64,000 nucleotides of DNA from Candidatus Parcubacteria bacterium (lineage in GTDB: Bacteria > Patescibacteriota > Minisyncoccia > Phycocordibacterales > JAKFXT01), in NCBI GenBank assembly GCA_021414235.1, contig JAIOOV010000004.1:121091-185090 (forward strand), in the 5' to 3' direction. Every line of letters begins with the position of its first letter. Position 1 is the first letter of the stretch. Shown in pieces: positions 19,108 through 27,912 of this stretch. The notes below the pieces were generated by a model. The model saw only the letters and a list, made by a program, of their open reading frames with translations. It was not told the DNA's origin and made no database searches. Both the position numbers and the translations under genes were made by a program.

Positions 19108-21894
19108 ATGTGGGTAAACCGCGCCTCTTGGGTGCGGTTTACGCGTATAATAGGGCGAATGGAACAAGGTTCTCCGAAATTCTCTTCGCTCGAAGAAGAA
19201 GTGCGTTATCTCCGCGCGCAGGTGGCGGAGAAGGAACGTGTCTCTTCCGGTGAGAGCAAGCCTTCCCGCGAAACACTCATCAAGAACGAGCTCTCCCTCT
19301 ATGGAAAGAGCGCTCCGGAGAGTATGCTCGCTCCCGAGCGCCACATGTCCTCTGGGGAAGCCGAGGCTATCGTGCTCGACCTTGCGCCTAAGGGTACGGA
19401 TGCGCAGATAGAGGAGCTCATCGTCGTCCTTCAAGAGAAGGGTCTTTTGAATGCGCTGAAGATTGTAGAGAAAGCGGGGAATCCGCTCCTTGAAGACGAC
19501 TTCCATCGCTTTCTGGTCCAGTATCTGAAGAAAGGACTGCCGCTCCCAAGCGCCCCTTCCGGGAGCACTCTCTTCCAGGCGCTCCAGATGGTGCTCTACG
19601 AAGTGTCTCTCCCAGAGACGCCGGAGGGTGGGGGGAAGGAGCGACCGCTCAAGGAGCTGCTCTCCTCCATGGAGCAGTTCTATGCGGGAATGTCTGCAGT
19701 GACGAACGGGAAGGACAATAACTGGTTCGCGCTCGAAGTGGCGGTCAGCAATGATTCGAGTGGCATTGTGGTGTATGCAGCGGTACCGAGCGCAAGCGCT
19801 TCTCTCTTCGAGAAGCAGTTCCTCTCCATCTTCCCAGGGGGCAAGCTTCTGGAGCAGCCGAATGATTACAATATCTTCAGCGAACCCTCCACCGTGTCTT
19901 TTGCGGAGGGTTCTTTCGCCAACCCCGGGATACTTCCGCTCAAGATGTACGATCAGTTCGATTATGATCCGCTGAACGTTCTCCTCAACTCCTTCTCCAA
20001 GATCGCTGCTCAAGGGGAGGGGGCGGCGGTGCAGTTCATCATCGGCTCTCCGAAAATCGATTATCTCAAGAAGTATCGGAATGCTCTTCAGGACCTCGGT
20101 AAGGGCAAACCCCTTAAGCAGACTCTTGATATCCGTGAGAGCTTCGCGGGCGAGATCGCCAAGGATGTAGGGCTCAGCTTCAAGGATCTTTTCTCGAGTG
20201 CTAAGAAGAAAGAGGATAAGCCGCTTGAGATAGGGGAAAAGGAGCGCGCGGCCATGGAGGGAATCAAGCGCAAGATGGCGAGCCCTATCGTCTCGGCGAA
20301 TGTCCGCCTAGTGGTCTCTGCGGGCGAGAAGGAGCGCGCAGAGACACTTCTCACCGAGCTCGAGAGCTCCTTCCATCAGTTCGAGGATACTTCTGGCAAC
20401 AAGCTGCGTTTTACGCGTCTCAAGGGAAGCGCGCTCGCGAGCGCGGTGAGGGATTTCTCTTTCCGTACTTTTAGCGACAAAGCAGCTCTGCCAGTCTCTC
20501 TCAAGGAACTCTCCACGCTCTTCCACTTCCCGCCGACGGGGATCAAATCTGCTCCCGACTTGAAGCAATCCCGCACGGCTACTGCTCCTGCTCCTTCTTC
20601 CTTTGCATCCTCTGGCATCCTTCTCGGTATGAATCGACACCGTGCTACTGACACTAAGGTGATACTTGGTAAAGAGGATCGCCTGCGTCATTTCTACGCG
20701 ATAGGTCAGACCGGTACGGGCAAGTCGACCCTTCTCAAGAACATGATCATTCAGGACATCCAGAACGGGGATGGTGTCTGTATGATCGACCCGCACGGAA
20801 GCGACTTGGTGGATATTCTCGCTGCCATCCCTAAAGAGCGTTACGAGGATGTGATCTATTTCGACCCGTCGCATACTGCGCGCCCCATGAGTCTCAATAT
20901 GTTGGAGTACGATGAGCGCTTCCCGGAGCAGAAGACGTTCGTGGTGAACGAGCTCCTGACCATCTTCAATAAGCTTTTTGATATGAAGGTGGCAGGCGGT
21001 CCTGCGTTCGAGCAGTATTTCCGTAACAGCGCCCTTCTCGTCATGGAGCATCCAGAGTCCGGTAGTACCTTGCTTGAGATTGGGCGGGTGCTGGCGGATG
21101 CAGATTTCCGTAAGCTGAAGATGTCGCACTGCCAGAATCCGATCATCAAGCAGTTCTGGGAGAATGCGGAGCGTACCACTGGCGAGCAGTCTCTTGCCAA
21201 CTTCGTACCCTACGTCACCAACAAGTTCGACGTGTTCGTGACCAACGAGATTATGCGCCCGGTCATCGCCCAGCAGCACTCCTCATTCAATTTCCGGGAG
21301 ATCATGGATACTAAGAAGATCTTCCTGGTTAACCTCTCCAAGGGACGCCTGGGCGACATCAACTCCCGCCTCATCGGGCTCATCCTGGTAGGGAAGATGC
21401 TCATGGCAGCGCTCTCGCGCGTGGACTCCTTCGGTCAGGATCTGCCGCCCTTCTATCTCTATATCGACGAGTTCCAGAACATCACTACCGACTCCATTTC
21501 CACCATCCTCAGTGAGGCGCGCAAGTACAAGCTCTCGCTCACCATCGCGCATCAGTATGTGCAGCAGCTCGAGGAGGGGATCAAGAATGCGGTCTTCGGT
21601 AACGTGGGTTCGATGGCGGCTTTCCGCGTGGGTGCGCCGGACGCAGAATTCCTCGAGAAGCAGTTTGCGCCTACATTCGCTGCGCACGATATCGCGAATA
21701 TCGACAATTTTAACGCGTATATAAAGATGCTGGTGAACGGGAAGCCGGAGAAGCCTTTCAATATAGAGATGATGCCGCCGTTCGCGGGAGACAAGAGTAT
21801 CGTGGAGCCGCTCCGCGAGCTCTCTTATCTCAAATACGGCCGTGACCGGGAAGAGGTGGAAGAAGAGATCTTGGCGCGCTATAAGGGGGTTTAA
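19108..21894 (+). CDS. FtsK/HerA/TraG-superfamily P-loop ATPase (type IV secretion VirB4/VirD4-like C-terminal domain) with ~500-aa uncharacterised N-terminal region
   Basis: Walker A (YAIGQTGTGKSTLL), downstream CMIDPHGSD (DPxG[DE]-type), Walker B (LYIDEFQN) and a RKYKLSLTIAHQ arginine-finger-like block, all typical of T4SS coupling/VirB4-type ATPases. No N-terminal TM helices were seen. It starts 8 nt after the map stop. Confidence 0.55.
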   Translation: MWVNRASWVRFTRIIGRMEQGSPKFSSLEEEVRYLRAQVAEKERVSSGESKPSRETLIKNELSLYGKSAPESMLAPERHMSSGEAEAIVLDLAPKGTDAQIEELIVVLQEKGLLNALKIVEKAGNPLLEDDFHRFLVQYLKKGLPLPSAPSGSTLFQALQMVLYEVSLPETPEGGGKERPLKELLSSMEQFYAGMSAVTNGKDNNWFALEVAVSNDSSGIVVYAAVPSASASLFEKQFLSIFPGGKLLEQPNDYNIFSEPSTVSFAEGSFANPGILPLKMYDQFDYDPLNVLLNSFSKIAAQGEGAAVQFIIGSPKIDYLKKYRNALQDLGKGKPLKQTLDIRESFAGEIAKDVGLSFKDLFSSAKKKEDKPLEIGEKERAAMEGIKRKMASPIVSANVRLVVSAGEKERAETLLTELESSFHQFEDTSGNKLRFTRLKGSALASAVRDFSFRTFSDKAALPVSLKELSTLFHFPPTGIKSAPDLKQSRTATAPAPSSFASSGILLGMNRHRATDTKVILGKEDRLRHFYAIGQTGTGKSTLLKNMIIQDIQNGDGVCMIDPHGSDLVDILAAIPKERYEDVIYFDPSHTARPMSLNMLEYDERFPEQKTFVVNELLTIFNKLFDMKVAGGPAFEQYFRNSALLVMEHPESGSTLLEIGRVLADADFRKLKMSHCQNPIIKQFWENAERTTGEQSLANFVPYVTNKFDVFVTNEIMRPVIAQQHSSFNFREIMDTKKIFLVNLSKGRLGDINSRLIGLILVGKMLMAALSRVDSFGQDLPPFYLYIDEFQNITTDSISTILSEARKYKLSLTIAHQYVQQLEEGIKNAVFGNVGSMAAFRVGAPDAEFLEKQFAPTFAAHDIANIDNFNAYIKMLVNGKPEKPFNIEMMPPFAGDKSIVEPLRELSYLKYGRDREEVEEEILARYKGV

Positions 21895-21953
21895 GGACCT
21901 AGATTTGGGCAGAGAAATGGTGTAGGGTAGAGGCCTTAAACTTCTATATTTAT

Positions 21954-22556
21954 ATGGCACATCCCAAGAAGGAGCGCAGTTTCGTGATCATTAAGCCCGA
22001 CGGCGTGCAGCGCGGCTTGATCGGCGAGATTATCAGACGTTTCGAGCGTGCAGGCCTCAAGCTGGTCGGCCTCAAGCTCGCGGTCCCCGACAGCGCACGT
22101 ATCTGGAAGCACTACGATAAGGATGACGCGTGGTTCATCAAGAAGGGGACGAACATCGCCAAGGAACGCGCGGCTGCGGGACTCTCCACGGACAAGGAGC
22201 CGATCGAATACGGTAAGGACATCATCCGCGCGCTCGATCGCTACATGACCTCTGGCCCTGTCATCATGATGGCGTGGGAGGGGAATCAGGCGGTCGCTGT
22301 GGTCACCAAACTTACCGGCGGAACGGAGCCTGCGACCTCTGACGTGGGTACCATTCGCGGCGATTTCACCATCGACTCGTATGCCATCTCGGCGGTGGAC
22401 GACCGTGCTGTGCGCAATCTCATCCATTGTTCCGATACGCCGGAGAATGCTGAGAAAGAAATCGTGCTCTGGTTCTCTCCGCAGGAACTCGTCAGCTACC
22501 GCTTGGTGCAGGATGAGATCCTCTACGACGTGAACCTCGACGGAATCCTAGAGTAA
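21954..22556 (+). CDS. ndk: nucleoside diphosphate kinase (long form, ~50 aa of insertions/extension)
   Basis: ERSFVIIKPDGVQRGLIGEIIRRFE...; 200 aa versus ~140 aa for canonical NDK. Confidence 0.85.
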   Translation: MAHPKKERSFVIIKPDGVQRGLIGEIIRRFERAGLKLVGLKLAVPDSARIWKHYDKDDAWFIKKGTNIAKERAAAGLSTDKEPIEYGKDIIRALDRYMTSGPVIMMAWEGNQAVAVVTKLTGGTEPATSDVGTIRGDFTIDSYAISAVDDRAVRNLIHCSDTPENAEKEIVLWFSPQELVSYRLVQDEILYDVNLDGILE

Positions 22557-22586
22557 AAGGTTGACGCATTCGCGCAATGCTGTCAC

Positions 22587-22620
22587 ACAAAGGCTCGTAG
22601 CTCTGCTACGAGCCTTTGTT
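22587..22620 (+). terminator. rho-independent terminator after ndk
   Basis: ggctcgtag-ctctg-ctacgagcc followed by tttgtt. Confidence 0.7.
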
Positions 22621-22666
22621 ATAGGGATATCCTAGAATTGTGGAAAAGTCAGGGTGACAACTTTGG

Positions 22667-22695
22667 TTGACACTCGAGAGGAGCATCTAGATAAT
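22667..22695 (+). promoter_or_regulatory. consensus sigma70-type promoter (TTGACA-N17-GATAAT)
   Basis: ttgaca ctcgagaggagcatcta gataat read directly; the spacing is exactly 17 nt. About 200 nt of lower-GC untranslated sequence lie between it and the next CDS. Confidence 0.5.
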
Positions 22696-22909
22696 CAGTA
22701 CAGGGTCGTCGTTAGCATATTATCCCTTAACTATTTTTTAGGGAGCCTGACTTCTATTGTCTTTGCGCCTTGGCGCGAGGCTAGGGCACCCACCTGGTTT
22801 ATCCAGGGTAATATGCCGCCGATCCTAATAATCCCGCTCTCATCGTGCGCTTCAGACCTCTGGAGCCCAGGATGAGGGCGGGGTTTTATTTTTACGTACG
22901 CTATACTGA

Positions 22910-24274
22910 TTGCATATGTCATCCTCGGTAACCTGCTGGAGCGGTATCGGTGAAGTGACCGGCTCCAATTTCGAACTCTCTGGAGATTTCGGCCGCATCC
23001 TGGTGGACTGCGGACTCATCCAAGGCTCCCGCTTCTGCGAGAAAGAGAACCTAGAGCCTTTCGCCTATGACCCTAAGGATATTGATGTACTAGTGGTGAC
23101 CCACGCCCATCTCGACCATATTGGGCGTATCCCTAAGCTGGTGCGGGACGGTTTCCGTGGCCCTATCTATTCCACTGTCGAAACGCACAAGCTTGTGGAA
23201 GTCATGTTCGAGGATGCTCTTCAGATACTGACTCAGGAGGCGCAACGAGATGGTCATGCACCGCCGTACGAGAGGAAAGACGTCGTCGAGGCGCTCTCTC
23301 TCTGGAGAGGTCTCTCGTATCACGAGAAGGTGGACCTCCCGAAAAGTCTGTCCTTTCAGCTTCTCGACGCCGGGCATATCCTGGGCTCGGCCATGGTGGA
23401 GTTCTCACGGAGCGGAGTAAAGATGGTCTTCACTGGAGACCTCGGTAATTCTCCGGCGCCACTCCTCCGTTCCACGGAAGAACTCTCGGGTGTGCAGTAT
23501 CTCCTCATGGAGAGCGTCTATGGCGATCGTAATCATGAGCCGCAAGAAGAGCGGGACAGGCGATTCGCGGACGCAGTCCTCTCTACGGTAAAGCGCGGTG
23601 GCACGGTGGTCATCCCGGCGTTCTCCCTGGAGCGTACGCAGAACATCCTCTTTACGCTCCACAACCTCTCTAAAGAAGGCTTGCTTCCAGAAGTGCCGGT
23701 ATTCGTGGATTCCCCTCTGGCGATCAAGGTTACCGAGATATATCGGGAAGGAGGGCAGGGTTTCAGCCCTGAGACGATGCGCCAGATGCAAGAGGGCGAT
23801 ATCTTCTCACTTCCACGCCTCACTCTTGCGCGTACCCAGCAGGATTCCCAGGCGATTGCACGGGTGCATGGGCCGAAGATAATACTCGCGGGTTCCGGCA
23901 TGTCGGCGGGCGGGCGAGTGACCCGTCACGAGAAGGAGTATCTGCCGGACCCCAAGAGCACCATCCTCCTCGTGGGGTATCAGTCGCTCGGCACTCTGGG
24001 CAGGAGCTTGGATTCCGGGGCAAGGGAGGTGGTCATCGGTGGCGAGCGCGTGCCAGTGCGCGCGACACTTCTCAATATCCGCGGATTCTCCTCGCATAAG
24101 GATTCCGAAGGCTTGGTCAGCTTCGTGGGGAAGACCGCTCCCTCACTCAAGCAAGTGTTTGTGGCGATGGGGGAGCCCAAGGCTTCGCTTTTCCTAGTAC
24201 AGCGCCTCCGAGACTACCTCGACGTTCCTGCCATCTACCCCGAGCGTGGAAAAAGCTACGTAGTGGAAATTTAA
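22910..24274 (+). CDS. MBL-fold beta-CASP ribonuclease (RNase J / CPSF-like)
   Basis: HAHLDHIG metal-binding motif, size and downstream beta-CASP motifs; 454 aa. Confidence 0.7.
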   Translation: MHMSSSVTCWSGIGEVTGSNFELSGDFGRILVDCGLIQGSRFCEKENLEPFAYDPKDIDVLVVTHAHLDHIGRIPKLVRDGFRGPIYSTVETHKLVEVMFEDALQILTQEAQRDGHAPPYERKDVVEALSLWRGLSYHEKVDLPKSLSFQLLDAGHILGSAMVEFSRSGVKMVFTGDLGNSPAPLLRSTEELSGVQYLLMESVYGDRNHEPQEERDRRFADAVLSTVKRGGTVVIPAFSLERTQNILFTLHNLSKEGLLPEVPVFVDSPLAIKVTEIYREGGQGFSPETMRQMQEGDIFSLPRLTLARTQQDSQAIARVHGPKIILAGSGMSAGGRVTRHEKEYLPDPKSTILLVGYQSLGTLGRSLDSGAREVVIGGERVPVRATLLNIRGFSSHKDSEGLVSFVGKTAPSLKQVFVAMGEPKASLFLVQRLRDYLDVPAIYPERGKSYVVEI

Positions 24275-24293
24275 ATGTTACAATAGTTTTCAA

Positions 24294-24929
24294 ATGGACC
24301 CTGCTCGTCTCGGACTTTCTCAAACTCGCTACAAGATGTGCGTCTCCGGCGCTGCGGAGACGGGGCATTGCGGACTCGACGCTTTTGATAAGGCTAAGGA
24401 GCTTGGTCGGGAGATCGCCCTTCATGGCGGCATTACCGTAACCGGCGCTACTACCGGCTTTCCGACCTGGGCCGCCATGGGTGCCAAGGAAGTCGGCGGT
24501 ATATCCATAGGCTTCTCTCCTGCTTCTACTGAGAAAGAGCACGTGGACGCATATCGCTTGCCGCTTGAATACCTCGACCTCGTTGTCTACACCGGCTTCG
24601 GCTTCTCCGGTCGCAATCTCATTCTCACTCGCTCCACGGATGCGGTCTTCATCGGCTGCGGCCGTATCGGCACCATCAACGAGTTCACCATTGCCTACGA
24701 AGATCAGAAGCCTATTGGTATTCTCCGTGGCAGCTGGGAGACGGACGAGGTTATCGACGAGATCATGTCCAAGGGGTACCGCCCTAACGAGCGAGTAATC
24801 TTTGATGACGATCCGAAGCGCCTGGTGCAGAAGGTCATTGCCCTTGTGGACAAGGACAGGGGAGTGGCGGATCGTGTCTACCGGAATACGGATGTGGCAG
24901 GGGGAGCTCACGGCAATCTCATTTTGTAG
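24294..24929 (+). CDS. LOG/TIGR00725-family Rossmann-fold nucleotide-binding protein
   Basis: GGITVTGATTGF...GAKEVGG and FIGCGRIGTINEF (PGGxGTxxE-like) motifs. The true start may be the ATG at 24336. Confidence 0.5.
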   Translation: MDPARLGLSQTRYKMCVSGAAETGHCGLDAFDKAKELGREIALHGGITVTGATTGFPTWAAMGAKEVGGISIGFSPASTEKEHVDAYRLPLEYLDLVVYTGFGFSGRNLILTRSTDAVFIGCGRIGTINEFTIAYEDQKPIGILRGSWETDEVIDEIMSKGYRPNERVIFDDDPKRLVQKVIALVDKDRGVADRVYRNTDVAGGAHGNLIL

Positions 24930-24939
24930 CCTTGAATAC

Positions 24940-24975
24940 AAAAACACTCCCGGCTTTTAGCCGGGAGTGTTTTTG
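24940..24975. terminator. bidirectional terminator between convergent genes
   Basis: aaaaacactcccggc-tttta-gccgggagtgttttt. Confidence 0.8.
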
Positions 24976-24984
24976 GTTCCCCGC

Positions 24985-25332
24985 TTACGCGGATACCTTG
25001 TTGATGAGACGGGAGAAGCTCTCCGGGTTCTCGAGGGCGAGGGTGGCGAGGATCTTGCGGTCTACCTCGAAGCCCTTCTTCTTCATCGCGCCGATGAACT
25101 TGCTGTAAGAAATGTTGTGCGGGCGGAGAGCGGAGTTGATGCGTACCGTCCAGAGGCGGCGGAAGTCGTTCTTCTTGTCGCGGCGGTGAGCGAAGGCGTA
25201 GGCGCCGGCGTGCACGAGGGCGTCATAGGCTGCGCGCTCCTTAGTAGAGCGTCCGAAACGGAAGCCCTTCACCTTGCGGAGGACGTTCTTGCGGCCCTTG
25301 AGGGCATTTACTCCTTTTTTGACTCGAGACAT
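24985..25332 (-). CDS. rplT: 50S ribosomal protein L20
   Basis: 115 aa; SRVKKGVNALKGRKNVLRKVKGF. Confidence 0.9.
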   Translation of the reverse strand: MSRVKKGVNALKGRKNVLRKVKGFRFGRSTKERAAYDALVHAGAYAFAHRRDKKNDFRRLWTVRINSALRPHNISYSKFIGAMKKKGFEVDRKILATLALENPESFSRLINKVSA

Positions 25333-25352
25333 AAAAGTTTAGTGAGGTGCTC

Positions 25353-25541
25353 TTAAAGGGAGCCGTTAAGGAAGCGGCTCTGGGACTTCGCCGTCATGAC
25401 GAAGGTAGAGGAGCGCTTCTTGTTGAGCTGCGAGGAGCGGCCCTCCTTGGCGTTGAAGTGGTTCTGGCCAGCCTTCCTGACCACCAACTTGCCGTTCTTG
25501 GTGACCTTGATTCTCTTGAGATATGACTTATTGCTCTTCAT
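25353..25541 (-). CDS. rpmI: 50S ribosomal protein L35
   Basis: 62 aa, basic; upstream of rplT. Confidence 0.85.
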   Translation of the reverse strand: MKSNKSYLKRIKVTKNGKLVVRKAGQNHFNAKEGRSSQLNKKRSSTFVMTAKSQSRFLNGSL

Positions 25542-25542
25542 A

Positions 25543-26055
25543 TTATTTGGATCGTTCGATGACCATGGTCATCCCTTTAGGGCTCTTCTTGGCTTCTTCC
25601 GCGACCTTGTGCGCGGTGCTGATGAGACGGAGGACCCGGTCGATGCGTTCCCTGAGGAACTTAGGGTCGAGATACTTGGAGCGGCCGGGGAGGAAGAGGT
25701 CTACTTTGACCCGGTGGCCTTCGGCAAGCCATTCGGAGGCTTTCTTGGCCTTGAGCTCTAGATCGTGCTCTCCGGTGCCGATTTTAATCTGAATCTGCTT
25801 CACTTCTACCTCGTGCGCCTTGGCCTTTCCGGTACGCTCCTTCTTGTTCTGTTCGTACTGGAACTTACCATAATCGGCTATTTTTGCAACGGGCGGGACC
25901 GCCATGGGGGAGATCTCGATGAGGTCCAATCCGGAGGCTTCCGCCTCCTTGAGGGCCTGGGAGAGGGAGACTACTCCGCGGTTCTCTCCCTCCGCCCCGA
26001 TGAGGCGCACTTCCGCTGAGCGGATCTGGTGGTTTATACGTGTTCTATCTTTCAA
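25543..26055 (-). CDS. infC: translation initiation factor IF-3 (TTG start)
   Basis: IRSAEVRLIGAEGENRGVV...; the start codon read on the minus strand is TTG, consistent with the unusual infC starts used for autoregulation. Confidence 0.9.
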   Translation of the reverse strand: MKDRTRINHQIRSAEVRLIGAEGENRGVVSLSQALKEAEASGLDLIEISPMAVPPVAKIADYGKFQYEQNKKERTGKAKAHEVEVKQIQIKIGTGEHDLELKAKKASEWLAEGHRVKVDLFLPGRSKYLDPKFLRERIDRVLRLISTAHKVAEEAKKSPKGMTMVIERSK

Positions 26056-26165
26056 AAGGGGTCGTGTGGGTTACGCGTCTAAACGGCGAAACGTTGCGTG
26101 AGAATAGCACTAAAACAGGGGTCGGTCAACGCTTGTGCTCGCACTGCGCAGCCTTAGCGAAGCGG

Positions 26166-26236
26166 TGGACTTATCGGGAATCGGACCCGAGACTCGGCAA
26201 TGCGAATGCCGCGTAATGCCACTTTACTATAAGCCC
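26166..26236 (-). tRNA. tRNA-Ala (anticodon CGC)
   Basis: Manual cloverleaf: GGGCTTA/TAAGTCC acceptor with G3:U70, D stem GTAA/TTAC, anticodon loop TTCGCAT, T arm TCGGG-TCCGATT-CCCGA. Confidence 0.6.
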
Positions 26237-26283
26237 TTTTATTACTTCGTGGTCACGAATTTTACTGCATTCTTCGCGACGTG

Positions 26284-26357
26284 TGCACTCTACAAGATTC
26301 GAACTTGTGGCCTCTCCCGTGTGAAGGGAACGCTCTAACCAACTGAGCTAAGAGTGC
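26284..26357 (-). tRNA. tRNA-Val (anticodon CAC)
   Basis: GCACTCTTAGCTCAGTTGGTTAGAGC...TTCACAC...GTTCGAATCTTGTAGAGTGCA. Confidence 0.75.
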
Positions 26358-26456
26358 TGATTTCGGTAGTATAAAGAAAAGGGGGGATTAGTAAAACGAA
26401 GAGGCTCTACCAGAAGGAAGCGGAGAGCCTCTCGTTCTAGTAGAGCCTTGTGCGGG

Positions 26457-26864
26457 TTAGATCATTCCGCGCTTTTGGTCACCGAGGGTGACGTGGGTCG
26501 GCTTGAAGGCGTCCCGGAAGATTTGGATCGCCTTGTGCGGCTTGGCGTCGCCGCACATGAACAGGTCGAGAGCGGCATAGCCCCGCTCGGGCCAGGTATG
26601 GATCGAGATGTGGGACTCCGCCAGCACAGCCACCCCGGAGATCCCGCCTGAGGGCAGGAACCGATGGAGATGGATGTGAAGCAGTGTCGCCCCCGAGACC
26701 TCGATGGCCTTGCGAAAGGCCTGGTCGATCAGCGGCTCGTCGTCGAGGCCAGTGCAGCCCCACAGGTCAAGGATGAGATGGGTGCCCGCGAAGGTCAGCC
26801 CATCCTTTGTCACGAAGTGGTCGGGTTGATCTTCGACCTTAGCCAAGGCAAGCGGTTTACCCAT
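26457..26864 (-). CDS. speH: S-adenosylmethionine decarboxylase proenzyme (class 1B)
   Basis: 135 aa; THLILDLWGC...ESHISIHTWPE, the self-processing serine context. Confidence 0.8.
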   Translation of the reverse strand: MGKPLALAKVEDQPDHFVTKDGLTFAGTHLILDLWGCTGLDDEPLIDQAFRKAIEVSGATLLHIHLHRFLPSGGISGVAVLAESHISIHTWPERGYAALDLFMCGDAKPHKAIQIFRDAFKPTHVTLGDQKRGMI

Positions 26865-27005
26865 CTCATCTTTCCCCCTTGTTGTGCGCAGAGTGCGCGG
26901 AACTTGCTGAAAGGCAGTATATGTGTTCTGGAGAGGAATGCAAGTTTTTAGCTAGTGGGGATAACACAAAACCGCCATTAAGGGCGGTTTTGTGAGGGAA
27001 CTTTT

Positions 27006-27412
27006 TGGTGGAGATGGGCGGAATTGAACCGCCGTGCAGATGGACCGGTAGCCTGACTCTACAACGCATAGCATCCTTTCTACGGCCGGAGCCGATTTAA
27101 GTGAATGCCTTGAAAGGGGCAAAATAACATTCACCGAGCTTCTTTATGTCGAGAGGGGCTGAAGCTTCTCCTCTCCGAGACTCACGTTATAACACCCTGA
27201 CTCTAGCACAGAGACCTCGCTAGAGAGGACGTCGCTTAGGCTTTCGCGTAAGCGAACGCAAAGTTGTCAGCCGTGAAGTACGGCGAAACGACAGCATTTG
27301 CGCGCGCAACTATTGAGTTTGCACGTATTGGTTTCCAGACAATCAGGAGCGTTCCTGGAATTCTCCGCGTTGCACAGGGGAGCGGCGACACCTGTCGATG
27401 CCTAGCATCCCC
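27006..27412 (-). ncRNA. ssrA: tmRNA (ssrA), ~407 nt
   Basis: 5' end GGGGAUGCUAGGCAUCGACAGG matches the tmRNA consensus GGGGnnG...GGaUUCGACnGG. 3' tRNA-like end GGCGGTTCAATTCCGCCCATCTCCACCA pairs with the 5' acceptor strand. Internal ORF ...GCU GAC AAC UUU GCG UUC GCU UAC GCG AAA GCC UAA gives a tag ending ADNFAFAYAKA*. Confidence 0.8.
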
Positions 27413-27425
27413 GTACGAAAATAAT

Positions 27426-27869
27426 CTATTCTCCTTTCAACGTTCTCTGCATCTCGCGATCCGTATCGCGTTTCTTGAGATCCTCGCGCTTGTCGAATTT
27501 CTTCTTGCCGCGCGCGATGGCGATCGCCATCTTGATCTTCCTCCCTTTATTATACATCGAAATTGGCACAATTGTCAATCCTTTACGGGATTCTGCGCCG
27601 AGGAGCTCTGCCAGCTCCTTCTTGTGGAGGAGGAGTCTACGCGGATGCTCTGGATCGTACTCTTTGGCGGTGTTCGCCGGTTGATATGGAGGGATGGTGG
27701 CACCCACGAGATATGCTTCGCCGCCGCGCACCACTACGTGTGCGCCTTCAAGCGAGCCCTGTTGTGCGCGTACCGACTTCACTTCAGTGCCGGAGAGCTC
27801 GATACCAGCCTCGAATTGTTCGAGGATCTCGTAATTGAGATGCGCTTTTTTGTGACGGAGGAGATCCAT
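27426..27869 (-). CDS. smpB: SsrA-binding protein SmpB
   Basis: LNYEILEQFEAGIELSGTEVKSVR...LLLHKKELAELLG...GLTIVPISMY...IAIARGKK; sits directly beside ssrA. Confidence 0.85.
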   Translation of the reverse strand: MDLLRHKKAHLNYEILEQFEAGIELSGTEVKSVRAQQGSLEGAHVVVRGGEAYLVGATIPPYQPANTAKEYDPEHPRRLLLHKKELAELLGAESRKGLTIVPISMYNKGRKIKMAIAIARGKKKFDKREDLKKRDTDREMQRTLKGE

Positions 27870-27912
27870 TTTCTTTCGTGGTTTTCTGGCTTTTTGGGGA
27901 CGCGTAGATATA

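Noticed and set aside
26880-27005. Independent tRNA at the 3' CCA element GGCGGTTCAATTCCGCCCATCTCCACCA
   Set aside because: No 5' acceptor strand within 100 nt. The pairing partner is 400 nt away (GGGGATG), making it the tRNA-like domain of tmRNA rather than a tRNA.
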